A stretch of DNA of 64,000 nt from contig JBAZMQ010000007.1 of the NCBI GenBank assembly GCA_041649675.1, forward strand, positions 2,948 through 66,947, given 5' to 3'. Below are positions 50,721 through 60,189 of the stretch, one piece after another. This stretch comes from Patescibacteria group bacterium (lineage in GTDB: Bacteria > Patescibacteriota > Patescibacteriia > Buchananbacterales > UBA6539). Numbering within the stretch: the first letter of the stretch is position 1; each line of letters opens with the position of its first letter. The notes under the pieces are model-generated. The model did no database searches and was not told the origin of the DNA. It saw only the letters and a list, made by a program, of their open reading frames with translations. Position numbers and translations under genes: made by a program.

Positions 50721-52151
50721 CTAACTTAAGCGAGGGAATAATGGTTCACCCTTTTTGATGACTTCGGCGGTAAATATCTTTTCAATTTTCTCGGCAGTTT
50801 GAGGTAAAAATGGCACTAACAAATGACTGATTTCTAAAATACCATCCAAGGCTTGAAGTAAAACTTTTTCCAACTCTTTGGTTTTGCCCTCTTTGGCTAA
50901 GACCCAAGGCTTGGTTTGGGCAATTAAACCATCAATTTTTGAAATCTTTTCCCAAATATACTTTAAGGCCTGATCAAATAAAAATCCCTGGATTAATTTA
51001 TCACATTGCTTATCTTGCTTATCTTGCTTATCTTGTTTGATGCTTATTCCACTCTGCTCAATTAAACCCGCCACCCGAGAAACCAAATTGCCCAGACCGT
51101 TGGACAAGTCGGCCGTATAGGCCTGCTCAAATTTATCAATGGTAAAATCACTATCTTCAAACGGATTAATATGCCTTAACAAATAATAGCGCAAAGCGTC
51201 GGTTCCGTATTTTTCAACCAACTCAAAAGGATTTACCACGTTACCCAGACTTTTGCTCATTTTTTGATTACCACTGACAATAAAGCCGTGAATAAAAATC
51301 TTTTTTGAATTTGGCAAACCGGCTGACATTAACATGGCTTGCCACATGGCTGATTGCTGGCGCAAATTGTCTTTACCGGCCACCTGAACACCGGGCCAAA
51401 ACTTTTTAAAATTAGCTTTTGCTTTGGGCCAACCAAGAGTTGAGATATAATTAATCAAAGCATCAAACCAAACATACATAACATGATCCGAGTCATTTGG
51501 CACCGGTATACCCCAAGGCATTTTTTGCTTTAATCGGGAAATACTAAAGTCATTCAAACCGCTTTGGACAAACTTTTTAATTTCATTAAATCGAAAATCC
51601 GGCACAACGAAATCCGGATTTTTTTCATAAAACTCAAGCAAAGGTTTGGCGTAGCGGGAAAATTTGAAAAAATAATTTTCTTCCTCAATTATTTCTAATT
51701 TAAGGTTGGGGTGATTAGGACAACAACCATCAACCAATTCGGAAGCGGTTTTTTCCAATTCGCAACCCGAGCAATAATTAATTTTTGAAATCTTTTTTTC
51801 AATATCACCATTCTTGACGCAGAGTTGCCAAAATTCGGCGGCCGCTTTTTTATGATTATCATCAGTAGTTCTAATAAAATTAGTGTAACTTAAATTAAGT
51901 GCCTGTTTGAGATGGTCAAATTTAGCCGCATAAATATCAGCGTAGACTTGAGGATCTTGTTTTGCCTCAAGTGCCTTGCGGTAAATTTTTACCCCATGCT
52001 CATCAGTGCCGGTATTAAACACCACCTCATCGCCAAGTTGTCGCTGATGACGAGCGATTACGTCCGCTTGAATAATTTCCAAAGCAAAGCCGATGTGCGG
52101 ATCGGCATTAACATAGGGCAAGGTGGTAGTAATGTAGAATTTTTTTGCCAT
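50721..52151 (-). CDS. metG: Methionine--tRNA ligase (short form)
   Basis: YITTTLPYVNADPHIG, GTDEHG, YVWFDALINY, KMSKSLGN. Confidence 0.97.
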   Translation of the reverse strand: MAKKFYITTTLPYVNADPHIGFALEIIQADVIARHQRQLGDEVVFNTGTDEHGVKIYRKALEAKQDPQVYADIYAAKFDHLKQALNLSYTNFIRTTDDNHKKAAAEFWQLCVKNGDIEKKISKINYCSGCELEKTASELVDGCCPNHPNLKLEIIEEENYFFKFSRYAKPLLEFYEKNPDFVVPDFRFNEIKKFVQSGLNDFSISRLKQKMPWGIPVPNDSDHVMYVWFDALINYISTLGWPKAKANFKKFWPGVQVAGKDNLRQQSAMWQAMLMSAGLPNSKKIFIHGFIVSGNQKMSKSLGNVVNPFELVEKYGTDALRYYLLRHINPFEDSDFTIDKFEQAYTADLSNGLGNLVSRVAGLIEQSGISIKQDKQDKQDKQCDKLIQGFLFDQALKYIWEKISKIDGLIAQTKPWVLAKEGKTKELEKVLLQALDGILEISHLLVPFLPQTAEKIEKIFTAEVIKKGEPLFPRLS

Positions 52152-52230
52152 AATTCAATATCTTTCTATATCTAAAAAATAACACAAAATTGTGTATTTT
52201 TCAAGCTATTAACTTACTTAAATATTTTGG

Positions 52231-52896
52231 CTATTTACCCGAAACAATTACCACAAACTCCCCTTTAACCATATCGGCAGTCAATTTAGCCAATACTTCT
52301 TTGACCGAACCCCGATAAACTGTCTCAAACTTTTTGGTCAGTTCACGGCATAAAACCACTTCTCGGTTCAAACCAAACTCATAGAGCTGGCCCAAAGTCT
52401 TTTCAATTCGATGAACTGATTCGTAAAAAACCGCCGGGTATTTTAAACTAACAATTTCCTTAAGCAAAGTTTCACGGCCCTTTTTGTGAGGTAAAAACCC
52501 TAAAAAGAAAAACCGGTCAAGCGGCAAACCCGCCACCGATAAAGCCGCTGCTAAAGCTGATGGCCCAGGGACAGATTCAACCATAACGCCCTGGTCAAAA
52601 GCCGCTTTGACCAACAAACCACCGGGGTCAGAAATTCCCGGCGTACCAGCATCGGACACCAAAGCGATGTTTTTGCCTTCCTTGATTTTATAAATTAAAA
52701 AATCAATTTTGCCAACCTGGCTATGCTGATGGTAACTAATGGTTGGCTTATTAATCCGGTAATGATCCAATATCTTTTTAGTTACCCGCGTATCTTCACA
52801 GGCAATCAAATCAACTTCTTTTAAAATTCTTAAAGCCCGCAACGTAATGTCTTCTAAATTACCAATTGGGGTTGCGACTACAAATAATTTTGCCAT
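52231..52896 (-). CDS. rsmI: 16S rRNA C1402 2'-O-methyltransferase
   Basis: VATPIGNLEDITLRA, ACEDTR, VSDAGTPGISDPG, RELTKKFE. Confidence 0.97.
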   Translation of the reverse strand: MAKLFVVATPIGNLEDITLRALRILKEVDLIACEDTRVTKKILDHYRINKPTISYHQHSQVGKIDFLIYKIKEGKNIALVSDAGTPGISDPGGLLVKAAFDQGVMVESVPGPSALAAALSVAGLPLDRFFFLGFLPHKKGRETLLKEIVSLKYPAVFYESVHRIEKTLGQLYEFGLNREVVLCRELTKKFETVYRGSVKEVLAKLTADMVKGEFVVIVSGK

Positions 52897-53004
52897 ATTT
52901 TTATTTCATTAAATTGCTAGCTTAAGCATAATATAAAAACTAACTTTTTTCAACAAAAAATAAAAAATCTTGAATTCAATGCTATTTACTGTTAGAATTA
53001 AGCT

Positions 53005-53766
53005 ATGAAACAACCAAAACGTTTAGCCATCTATTTAATTATCGCCATAGCGGTTTTTTTATACCTGAACCGTTCTTATGCTTATATTTATAATCATATT
53101 GATAATATGAATTTAACTAGTCCGGGCACGCAGCAATCTTACAGTTTTAAAAATCCCAGCCTACAAGCAGATATGATAAAGTATGTGGCTTTAGGTGACA
53201 GCTTAACTGCCGGGGTTGGCAGCAATGATTACCAAAAAACATTTCCCTACCTTTTAGCCATGAAGCTGATGGAAAAAAATGATGTTACTTTAACTAACTT
53301 GGGCGGACCAGGAGCTAAAACCAAAGATGTTATTACCGATCAAATAGACAAAGCAGCTGCGCTAAACCCCGACTACCTAACACTCTTGATTGGCACTAAT
53401 GATATCCACGGTTTAGTTTCGGCCAAAAAATTCCAAACTAACTTTCAAACTATTATTGATCAGCTTACTGCCAAAACCAAAGCTAAAATTATTGTAATCA
53501 ATATTCCCTATTTAGGTGCTGGTAATTTGATTTTACCGCCTTATGATTCATATTTTGACAATAAAACCAAACAGTTTAACCAGATAATAAAAAAAATTGC
53601 TGACCAAAAATCTCTTTGCTATATTGACTTATATGGTCAAAGTAAAAAATCTTTTGCTCAAAACCAAAAACTTTATTACTCAAGTGACCTTTTTCACCCT
53701 TCTGCCCAAGGCTACCAGCTTTGGTCAGAAATAATTTATGCAAATTCAAGTTGCTTTTCCAATTGA
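53005..53766 (+). CDS. Membrane-anchored SGNH/GDSL hydrolase
   Basis: ALGDSLT, IGTND, DLFHP; N-terminal TM. Confidence 0.92.
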   Translation: MKQPKRLAIYLIIAIAVFLYLNRSYAYIYNHIDNMNLTSPGTQQSYSFKNPSLQADMIKYVALGDSLTAGVGSNDYQKTFPYLLAMKLMEKNDVTLTNLGGPGAKTKDVITDQIDKAAALNPDYLTLLIGTNDIHGLVSAKKFQTNFQTIIDQLTAKTKAKIIVINIPYLGAGNLILPPYDSYFDNKTKQFNQIIKKIADQKSLCYIDLYGQSKKSFAQNQKLYYSSDLFHPSAQGYQLWSEIIYANSSCFSN

Positions 53767-54859
53767 ACAAACCGTAATTTTTAGTTTAGTTTTATTTGCG
53801 GTTATCCTAGTTTCTTTCCGAAAAAAGAAAGAAGCTTCTTTCTTTCCTCTTTCCGTTACCAATGAACTCAAAGGTTTTGGTATTTTAGCCGTGATTTTTT
53901 CTCATATCGGCTATTTTTTGTCAACCAATACCAGTTTTTTATTTCCGCTTTCCACTGTGGCTGGCGTCGGCGTTGACCTTTTTCTTTTTCTATCCGGCTA
54001 TGGTTTGGCCATTTCCGCTTTCAATAAAAAATTGTTGCCCTGGCAATTTTACAAAAAAAGGCTGACTAAACTTTTCTTGCCGCTTTGGGTAATAGTGGCA
54101 CTTTTTTTAATTTTAGATTGGCTACTACTAAAAAAATTCTATCCGCTGGCCGAAGTTGCTGGCAGCTTCTTAGGCTATTTCCCGCAGGCGGATATTTTTC
54201 TAAATTTCAATTCACCGCTTTGGTATTTTACTCTCATCTTTTTCTTTTACCTAATTTTTCCTTGGGTGTTTGATCCGCGACGGCCAACAATCTCAGCAAT
54301 AATGATAGCAGTCTTAAGCTACCTGATTTTATTGATTGATTTACCGGTGACAGAATCAGTTTTGCATCTCTACAAACTTCATTATTTAGCCTTTCCTTTG
54401 GGCGTTTTGTTTGCTGCTGGTTTTTGTAAAATTTCCTTTTGGCAAAAATTTATTCCCACTAAGCTGGAAAAAATATTATACCGCTTAACTCATTTAAAAA
54501 CCTGGGGCCGAATTCTAGTTTTAATAATTTTAGGTGCAGTTATTGCTTATTTCTTCATCAATTCCGGCGTTGGCAAAAAAGAAATCATTACTCAAACGAT
54601 TAGTTTAATTACGGCTTTTGGTTTAGTTTTATTTTTCCTGATTAAAAAAGGCCAATTCAAAATTCTGACTATTTTAGGAATCTATTCCTATGAAATTTAT
54701 TTAATCCATTGGCCCATTTTATATCGCTATGATATTTTCTATAAATTTTTTCCCGCTGCCATCGCAACCATTTTATATTTGATTTCTTTTGTGGGGTTAG
54801 GCTGGCTGCTACATAAAATTCAGCATAAAATATTAAAAAAACTACCGGGCTTGAACTAA
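53738..54859 (+). CDS. Acyltransferase family 3 (membrane O-acyltransferase)
   Basis: LKGFGILAVIFSH, GVDLFLFLSGYGL, FYKKRL, SYEIYLIH. Confidence 0.9.
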   Translation: MQIQVAFPIEQTVIFSLVLFAVILVSFRKKKEASFFPLSVTNELKGFGILAVIFSHIGYFLSTNTSFLFPLSTVAGVGVDLFLFLSGYGLAISAFNKKLLPWQFYKKRLTKLFLPLWVIVALFLILDWLLLKKFYPLAEVAGSFLGYFPQADIFLNFNSPLWYFTLIFFFYLIFPWVFDPRRPTISAIMIAVLSYLILLIDLPVTESVLHLYKLHYLAFPLGVLFAAGFCKISFWQKFIPTKLEKILYRLTHLKTWGRILVLIILGAVIAYFFINSGVGKKEIITQTISLITAFGLVLFFLIKKGQFKILTILGIYSYEIYLIHWPILYRYDIFYKFFPAAIATILYLISFVGLGWLLHKIQHKILKKLPGLN

Positions 54860-54901
54860 TATCGCCTTAAAATAAGCACCATGCCTTTGGTGCTTTTATA
54901 A

Positions 54902-54931
54902 TTGACAAATTACCTGCTGATTTGCTAAGTT
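54902..54931 (+). promoter_or_regulatory. Promoter TTGACA-18-TAAGTT with TG extension
   Basis: Upstream of ORF 54992. Confidence 0.55.
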
Positions 54932-54991
54932 TATACCGACAGAAATCACAAAAAACCAGCTAAACTGCAGATACTGCAAAGGAGAAGTGCC

Positions 54992-55372
54992 GTGGCTAAC
55001 ATCTATAACCGTCGAGTAACTGACTTTCTGTTGCCGCTAATTGCGTCTGACCAAAAGACTCTGGAAGTCTGTTTAGGCCGACGCAACAAACGCCGAGTCA
55101 AAGTCGGCGACATCATTGAATTCAATGGTAAAGTTCAAAAACGAGTGACGGCCATTCGGGAATATCCCGACTTTGACGTGATGATGGAAAAAGAAAACGC
55201 CGAATTGATCTGTCCCGGAGCTGGCGCCGAAAAAATTCTTGGTTGGTTGAAACAAAAGCACAAGCCCTGGAGTATTCAGAACTACGGCGTACTAGTGTTT
55301 GAACTGCAACCATTGGCCGAAGAGTCGGCCGAGACACACCAAATCCAGGAGGCTTGCAATGCCGAGTCATAA
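54992..55372 (+). CDS. ASCH/PUA-like domain protein
   Basis: IASDQKTLEV, VKVGDIIEFN, VTAIREYPDF, YGVLVFEL; AAGGAG RBS before GTG. Confidence 0.8.
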   Translation: MANIYNRRVTDFLLPLIASDQKTLEVCLGRRNKRRVKVGDIIEFNGKVQKRVTAIREYPDFDVMMEKENAELICPGAGAEKILGWLKQKHKPWSIQNYGVLVFELQPLAEESAETHQIQEACNAES

Positions 55373-55700
55373 GGCAGGTATCCAAATAATACTTCACGGT
55401 CCTCGCGAGGTACTGGACATCACTGGAGGTTTCTTTGCCAATGCTCCGGCATTCCGATTAGCCGGTGGCACCTATGAAGCCAAACGGCTTGAGCTTTCAG
55501 GCCGGAAGTTATTGGTCATCCGCTTACCGGCAACTGAAACGGAAAAATCCAAGCTTGTTGGCATGGAAGAAACCATTTGGCGCGGCTATGGCGGCCCAGA
55601 GCTGGGCGCAAGACAAATTGAAATCATTGAGGCAAAACCTGCCTCTCAGCCAATTCACCATCACCGCTCTTTATTTCGGCGCCAAGGCCGCCGTTTTTAA
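55359..55700 (+). CDS. Hypothetical protein (113 aa)
   Basis: AGGAGG at 55347-55352 before ATG 55359; overlaps the end of the ASCH gene. Confidence 0.6.
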   Translation: MPSHKAGIQIILHGPREVLDITGGFFANAPAFRLAGGTYEAKRLELSGRKLLVIRLPATETEKSKLVGMEETIWRGYGGPELGARQIEIIEAKPASQPIHHHRSLFRRQGRRF

Positions 55701-55713
55701 CCAGTAATTCCAC

Positions 55714-55783
55714 GGAGAATGTCACCTGACCTTCTCCTTCTTTTTTTATTAAAAAAAGGCTGATGATTTTTATGTCATCAACC
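55714..55783. terminator. Two back-to-back terminators for convergent orphan units
   Basis: Plus: GGAGAA..TTCTCC plus T run; minus: GGTTGATGA..TCATCAGCC plus T7. Confidence 0.7.
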
Positions 55784-55803
55784 AGAACTTAACAAAGAAA
55801 CGA

Positions 55804-57378
55804 TTAATATTGGTAGTGCCTCATAAATCGCCGATATTTGACACCCATCGAATCAATCATATCCTGGGCTGATAGCGGATGTGAAGTATTGATTGGCTCA
55901 CCACGCTCAATATTACCGGCCACTGCTGGCAGATCAGTAATCAGTCCAGCACCCAATCCGGCGACTAAGGCCATACCGCGGCCACCACCGCCCTGACCAG
56001 CAACCAAAGGCCGGACAATGACCTTAGGATTAATTGCTTTCAAACCCGCAGTTAGAAGCCTTGAATAAAACAGACTTTTACTGCCGCCGCCCATCAAGGT
56101 AACGTCATTCATGGTTACGCCCTGGTAGCTTAAACAGATCTCATAGTGAAGCATCTGTTGAAAAACTACCCCTAAGAGCAAACCAAGAAATACATCACCG
56201 GCCGATGTTGTCGGCGTAAGGCCAAGCCACCGACCGCGCAATTCTGGATTCCAACCATTCTGGCCAGTCCGTTCCCCGGCATAGCGGCAATCGATAATAA
56301 GATTATGTTTCTCAAAGTTGACTGCCATGGCCAGTTGGTCCAATTCGCTGAGAGGCAATCGGGTGTTCAGTTCAGTTTCCGAGATTTCTTCGCCCGGCTG
56401 CAGCCGCAAGAGCATGCGGCGGAACTGCTCAATGCAAGCACCGGCGGAAAGGTTTGTGGAAAGGAGGTGCGACAGCCCATTGATGTAACCATACGATTGA
56501 ACTCGGCCGCCACCTTCAGTGTCAACGACAAGGCTAGAAGTTGGTACCACAAAGATGCCCGCTGTGCCTAAGATGGCACAGACTTGGCCCGGCTTTGTCA
56601 CGCCGCAGCCAGCCGCCCCGGCCGCGCAATCACCCAAACCGCCATAAAGCCGCATCCCATCAGGAATTCCGGTTTCTTCTTCAATTCCCCAAATTTCACC
56701 GACCAACTCATTGGGCGAAATTACTTCTGGCCAAAACTCAACGGGAATACCAGCCCAATCCGCCACTTCGGCAGACCAACAATTCTTGGCAACATCAAAG
56801 GCGCTCGTACCCGCGGCGTCATTGTAGTTGAGACAAAACCTGCCGGTTAACCGATAGCCAAACAGGCTGTTAAGCAACGTCACATGTCTGGCCTGCTGGA
56901 ATAAGTCCGGTTGGCTTCGCTTCACCAAAAGGGAATGGAATAAACTGTAGCCCGGAGCGGGATGGTTATTCGTCATCTCAATTACCCGAGCCAAGCCAAA
57001 TTGCTTAATCATTTCTGACACGATGTCACTACCGGCAGTATTGTTCCAGAGAATTACTCGGTCGCGCAGCGGTTGGTGACTCTCGTCAGTAAAAACAGAT
57101 GTGTGCATTTGGACAGTTATAGCCATGGCTCCGGCCAACAAATTGTCACGGGTATAACCCATTTTATACAATTTATTGGTCAGATCGCGCAAGGCCTTTT
57201 TGACCGCCTGCCAAATCTGCTCGGTAAGCTGTTCACTGCTGCCTATGCCATCACCAAGAATGGCATAACCGCCGATCGGGTCACTTTCTATGATCAGTTT
57301 GCCGTTAGAATCGTAGGCAACAGCCTTGGTACCGCTAGTACCACTATCAACACCCACTAAAACTGGTCCTGTGTTCAT
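55804..57378 (-). CDS. FGGY family carbohydrate kinase (xylulokinase-like), divergent
   Basis: VGVDSGTSGTKAV, QMH, ILWNN, DAAGTSAFD, GGLGDCAAGAAG, ILGTAG, GER, MGGGSKS; AAGGAG RBS before ATG 57378. Confidence 0.9.
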   Translation of the reverse strand: MNTGPVLVGVDSGTSGTKAVAYDSNGKLIIESDPIGGYAILGDGIGSSEQLTEQIWQAVKKALRDLTNKLYKMGYTRDNLLAGAMAITVQMHTSVFTDESHQPLRDRVILWNNTAGSDIVSEMIKQFGLARVIEMTNNHPAPGYSLFHSLLVKRSQPDLFQQARHVTLLNSLFGYRLTGRFCLNYNDAAGTSAFDVAKNCWSAEVADWAGIPVEFWPEVISPNELVGEIWGIEEETGIPDGMRLYGGLGDCAAGAAGCGVTKPGQVCAILGTAGIFVVPTSSLVVDTEGGGRVQSYGYINGLSHLLSTNLSAGACIEQFRRMLLRLQPGEEISETELNTRLPLSELDQLAMAVNFEKHNLIIDCRYAGERTGQNGWNPELRGRWLGLTPTTSAGDVFLGLLLGVVFQQMLHYEICLSYQGVTMNDVTLMGGGSKSLFYSRLLTAGLKAINPKVIVRPLVAGQGGGGRGMALVAGLGAGLITDLPAVAGNIERGEPINTSHPLSAQDMIDSMGVKYRRFMRHYQY

Positions 57379-57457
57379 AACTAAACTCCTTACGATCATC
57401 CAAAACCGGATTTTTCTGCCCACAACAGGTGGACAAATCCAGTTTGACTCTATCTAC

Positions 57458-57490
57458 TCATTCCCTGTCAGGTGATGCTCGAGTTCCCAT
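57458..57490 (-). other. Possible 10-codon leader ORF MGTRASPDRE
   Basis: TAAGGAG 7 nt upstream of the ATG, inside the kinase leader. Confidence 0.35.
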
Positions 57491-57577
57491 AGCGCTTCTC
57501 CTTATGTTGAAAAACCACAAATTGTTCAAGTTCAATTTCATTGTTTGCTGCCACTCTATCATGCAGCAATCTCAAAC

Positions 57578-57607
57578 ATCTTAACCCATTTTTAGCTGAA
57601 TAGTCAA
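57578..57607 (-). promoter_or_regulatory. Promoter TTGACT-18-TAAGAT
   Basis: Upstream of the FGGY kinase leader. Confidence 0.55.
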
Positions 57608-57619
57608 TTAAATTAAAAA

Positions 57620-57656
57620 TAAAAAAACTCCCCAAACCGCTTTTGCTTTTGAGGAG
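57620..57656 (-). terminator. Terminator of the 57678..58451 unit
   Basis: Minus strand CTCCTCAAA..TTTGGGGAG plus T7. Confidence 0.7.
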
Positions 57657-57677
57657 AAAATAAACCAAAGAACCAGA

Positions 57678-58451
57678 CTAGATGGCCAGCACCAAAGGGA
57701 ACAAATGCGGCGATTGGTAAGAAAGCAACTGATGGAGCTGGCAAAGCAAGCCGTAAGGCAGTTCGTTTAGCAGGCGCAGCTCTGCTCGCGGCCAACAGAC
57801 GCAGCCGCCATTGCTGGCTTTACAGCTTTTGATTTTGAAGGTAAAAACCTGATGCCCATTTTTGCGATGCTGCCAATGGCAGACTACACGGACATCAAGA
57901 CCGCCGACATATCGGCCGCTTGCCTGGCCCGGATTGCCAAGATAGCATTTGCCAAGATGAATTGAAAACTGACGGGTCTGGCAGCGACGGGGCAAAACTG
58001 GCAAGCGATGTTTGACCGGATGCAAAACACTGACTTCAAAGTCAATGAATGCTTCCGACACCAACACCAGCCTATAGGGGCTTTGCTCAACTTGAGCTAA
58101 ACGACTTTCGCGGTGGCAGCGGGCAGCCAAGCGGCGTTTGGCTTTTCCGCTAAATGGTTTAATAACCAGTTGGATCGGCTGAGCCACCCGGTTTTTAGCC
58201 CGATTACGTTTGGCCTTTGCTCGCCGGTGGCGCAGCTCCCAAACGCTTGCCTGCTTCAAGATGCTATCCAAGGCCTGCTGGCCAAAATTGGACATTTCAA
58301 GCAACTGAGCGGGCAAATCGGTGGCTAAAACTGCTTGGGCAAATCCTTGCTGGCAAATAGCCTGGCTAAATACCAGATCCGAACCGATCCGATCGATCAA
58401 AATCTGTTCAAAATACTTTTTCAACTGCTTAATTATTTTTCTTCGTGTCAT
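57678..58451 (-). CDS. Basic hypothetical protein (257 aa), orphan unit
   Basis: AAAGGAG RBS before ATG 58451; own promoter and terminator. Confidence 0.6.
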   Translation of the reverse strand: MTRRKIIKQLKKYFEQILIDRIGSDLVFSQAICQQGFAQAVLATDLPAQLLEMSNFGQQALDSILKQASVWELRHRRAKAKRNRAKNRVAQPIQLVIKPFSGKAKRRLAARCHRESRLAQVEQSPYRLVLVSEAFIDFEVSVLHPVKHRLPVLPRRCQTRQFSIHLGKCYLGNPGQASGRYVGGLDVRVVCHWQHRKNGHQVFTFKIKSCKASNGGCVCWPRAELRLLNELPYGLLCQLHQLLSYQSPHLFPLVLAI

Positions 58452-58499
58452 GGAATATCTCCTTTTTCTACCAAAGGTTAAACCGCCGTAACTAAAAAC

Positions 58500-58528
58500 A
58501 GAATAATATGGTCTTACTATTCTGTCAA
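58500..58528 (-). promoter_or_regulatory. Promoter TTGACA-17-TATTCT
   Basis: Just downstream of the uvrC stop. Confidence 0.6.
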
Positions 58529-58535
58529 TCACGAT

Positions 58536-60119
58536 CTAGCTAAAATCTTTTTTACTTCGCAACAAGCGATGGTAACTAATGGCAAAGCGATGGGCCTCAT
58601 CACGAATCCGCTGAATTTGTTTTAAAGCAGCTGAGGCGGCAGGCAGCCTGATCGGATATTTATGATTGAGGGTAAAAATTTCTTCCTGCTTTTTTGCCAA
58701 AGCGATTAAAGGAACTTGCAAGCCTAATTGTTTTAAAGAAGCTAAAGCCGCTGACAACTGGGGTTTGCCACCATCAACCATAATCAAATCCGGAAACTGA
58801 GCCTTGGCTTGAATTAAACCATAATAACGGCGATAGACAACCTCTTTCATGGCGTCAAAATCAGATTGACCCTCAACCGTTTTAATCTTAAAGCGCCGAT
58901 AATTATTTTTATCACTTCGGCCGTCACGGAATTGAACCATTGAACCAACCATATTAGTCGGCCCTAAATTGGAAATATCAAAACACTCAATGACCCGCGG
59001 CAAAACCGGCAGCTTAAGAATCTCTTGCAATTCCACCAAGCTGCCCTGGCCTGACTTTAAACTAATCAGTAAATTCTTTTTTACCAATTCCAAAAGTTTG
59101 AATTTATCGCCTTTTTTGGGCACGGTAATTATTACCGAGCGCTTGGCTAATTTAGACAAATACTTTTCTAAAATATTTTGTTCAACTAAAACCTGGGGCA
59201 AAATTATTTCCTGGGGAATTTCATTGGCATAATAATATTGCTGCATGAATTCAGAAAGACTTTCACTAACCGGTTGCAATAGAGGTACTTTGATCTTTAA
59301 TTCTTTCCGGCCGGAAATTACGCCTTTATTGATATTAAACAATTGAATAACTAGATGATTTGGCAATTGAAAATAATTAATTACATCCTGGTCGTAACGA
59401 TGGCGCAAACTGATTTTTTGTTTTTCGGAAATATTTTGCAAGGCCGAAATTTGATTTCGTCTGACTGCAGCCATTTCATAATTAAGCTGATTAGAATAAT
59501 CTTTCATTTCGCCGGTTAACTTTTTTATTAATTCTGCGGTTTGGCCTTTTAGTAACAGCCTGACCGCTTCAATCCGCTGAGTATATTCTGGCTCGGTCAC
59601 GTTTTGAATCCAAGGCGAAGTGGCTAACCGAATCCGACCAAGGGCTAAATCTTTTTTAAACATTCGTTTGTTAATCCGAAGCTTAAAGAGTCGCTCGGCT
59701 AACCGAATCATTTCCTGACGCGAAAAACCGGAAATGTATGGACCGTATAATTCATCACCTTTTTTAACATAGCGTTCAGTTACCAACCGAGGAAATTTTT
59801 CTTTGGTAATTTTAATGTAAGCATATCTAACGCCGGACTTAAGGTCGATATTATATTTAGGCTGATATTTCTTAATTAAACCTGATTCCAAAAGCAAGGC
59901 TTCAACCTCGCTATCCGTCACAAAATATTCCACGTCCGCGATTTCTCTAACTAAACTCAAAGTTTTATCAATTTGATTTTCTTTCCGAAAATACCAACCA
60001 ACCCGATTCCTTAAATTTTTGGCTTTGCCAATATAAATAATCCGGCCGGCTTTATTTTTGAACAAATAGCAACCCGGCTGTCTAGGCGCTTCCCTGATTT
60101 TTTTGGCTAATCTTGACAT
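58536..60119 (-). CDS. uvrC: Excinuclease ABC subunit C (no C-terminal HhH region)
   Basis: GIY-YIG PGCYLF..IYIGKAKNLRNRV, IECFDISN, PDLIMVDGGKPQL, RIRDEAHRFAI. Confidence 0.96.
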   Translation of the reverse strand: MSRLAKKIREAPRQPGCYLFKNKAGRIIYIGKAKNLRNRVGWYFRKENQIDKTLSLVREIADVEYFVTDSEVEALLLESGLIKKYQPKYNIDLKSGVRYAYIKITKEKFPRLVTERYVKKGDELYGPYISGFSRQEMIRLAERLFKLRINKRMFKKDLALGRIRLATSPWIQNVTEPEYTQRIEAVRLLLKGQTAELIKKLTGEMKDYSNQLNYEMAAVRRNQISALQNISEKQKISLRHRYDQDVINYFQLPNHLVIQLFNINKGVISGRKELKIKVPLLQPVSESLSEFMQQYYYANEIPQEIILPQVLVEQNILEKYLSKLAKRSVIITVPKKGDKFKLLELVKKNLLISLKSGQGSLVELQEILKLPVLPRVIECFDISNLGPTNMVGSMVQFRDGRSDKNNYRRFKIKTVEGQSDFDAMKEVVYRRYYGLIQAKAQFPDLIMVDGGKPQLSAALASLKQLGLQVPLIALAKKQEEIFTLNHKYPIRLPAASAALKQIQRIRDEAHRFAISYHRLLRSKKDFS

Positions 60120-60141
60120 TTTAGAAATTTATTGCTAATAT
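60113..60141 (+). promoter_or_regulatory. Promoter TTGACA-17-TAATAT overlapping the uvrC start codon
   Basis: -35 box lies in the first codons of uvrC on the opposite strand. Confidence 0.55.
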
Positions 60142-60189
60142 ATATCGTTGTTTAATATTACAATGTTATTGTACCTTAAGGAGGTTAAA

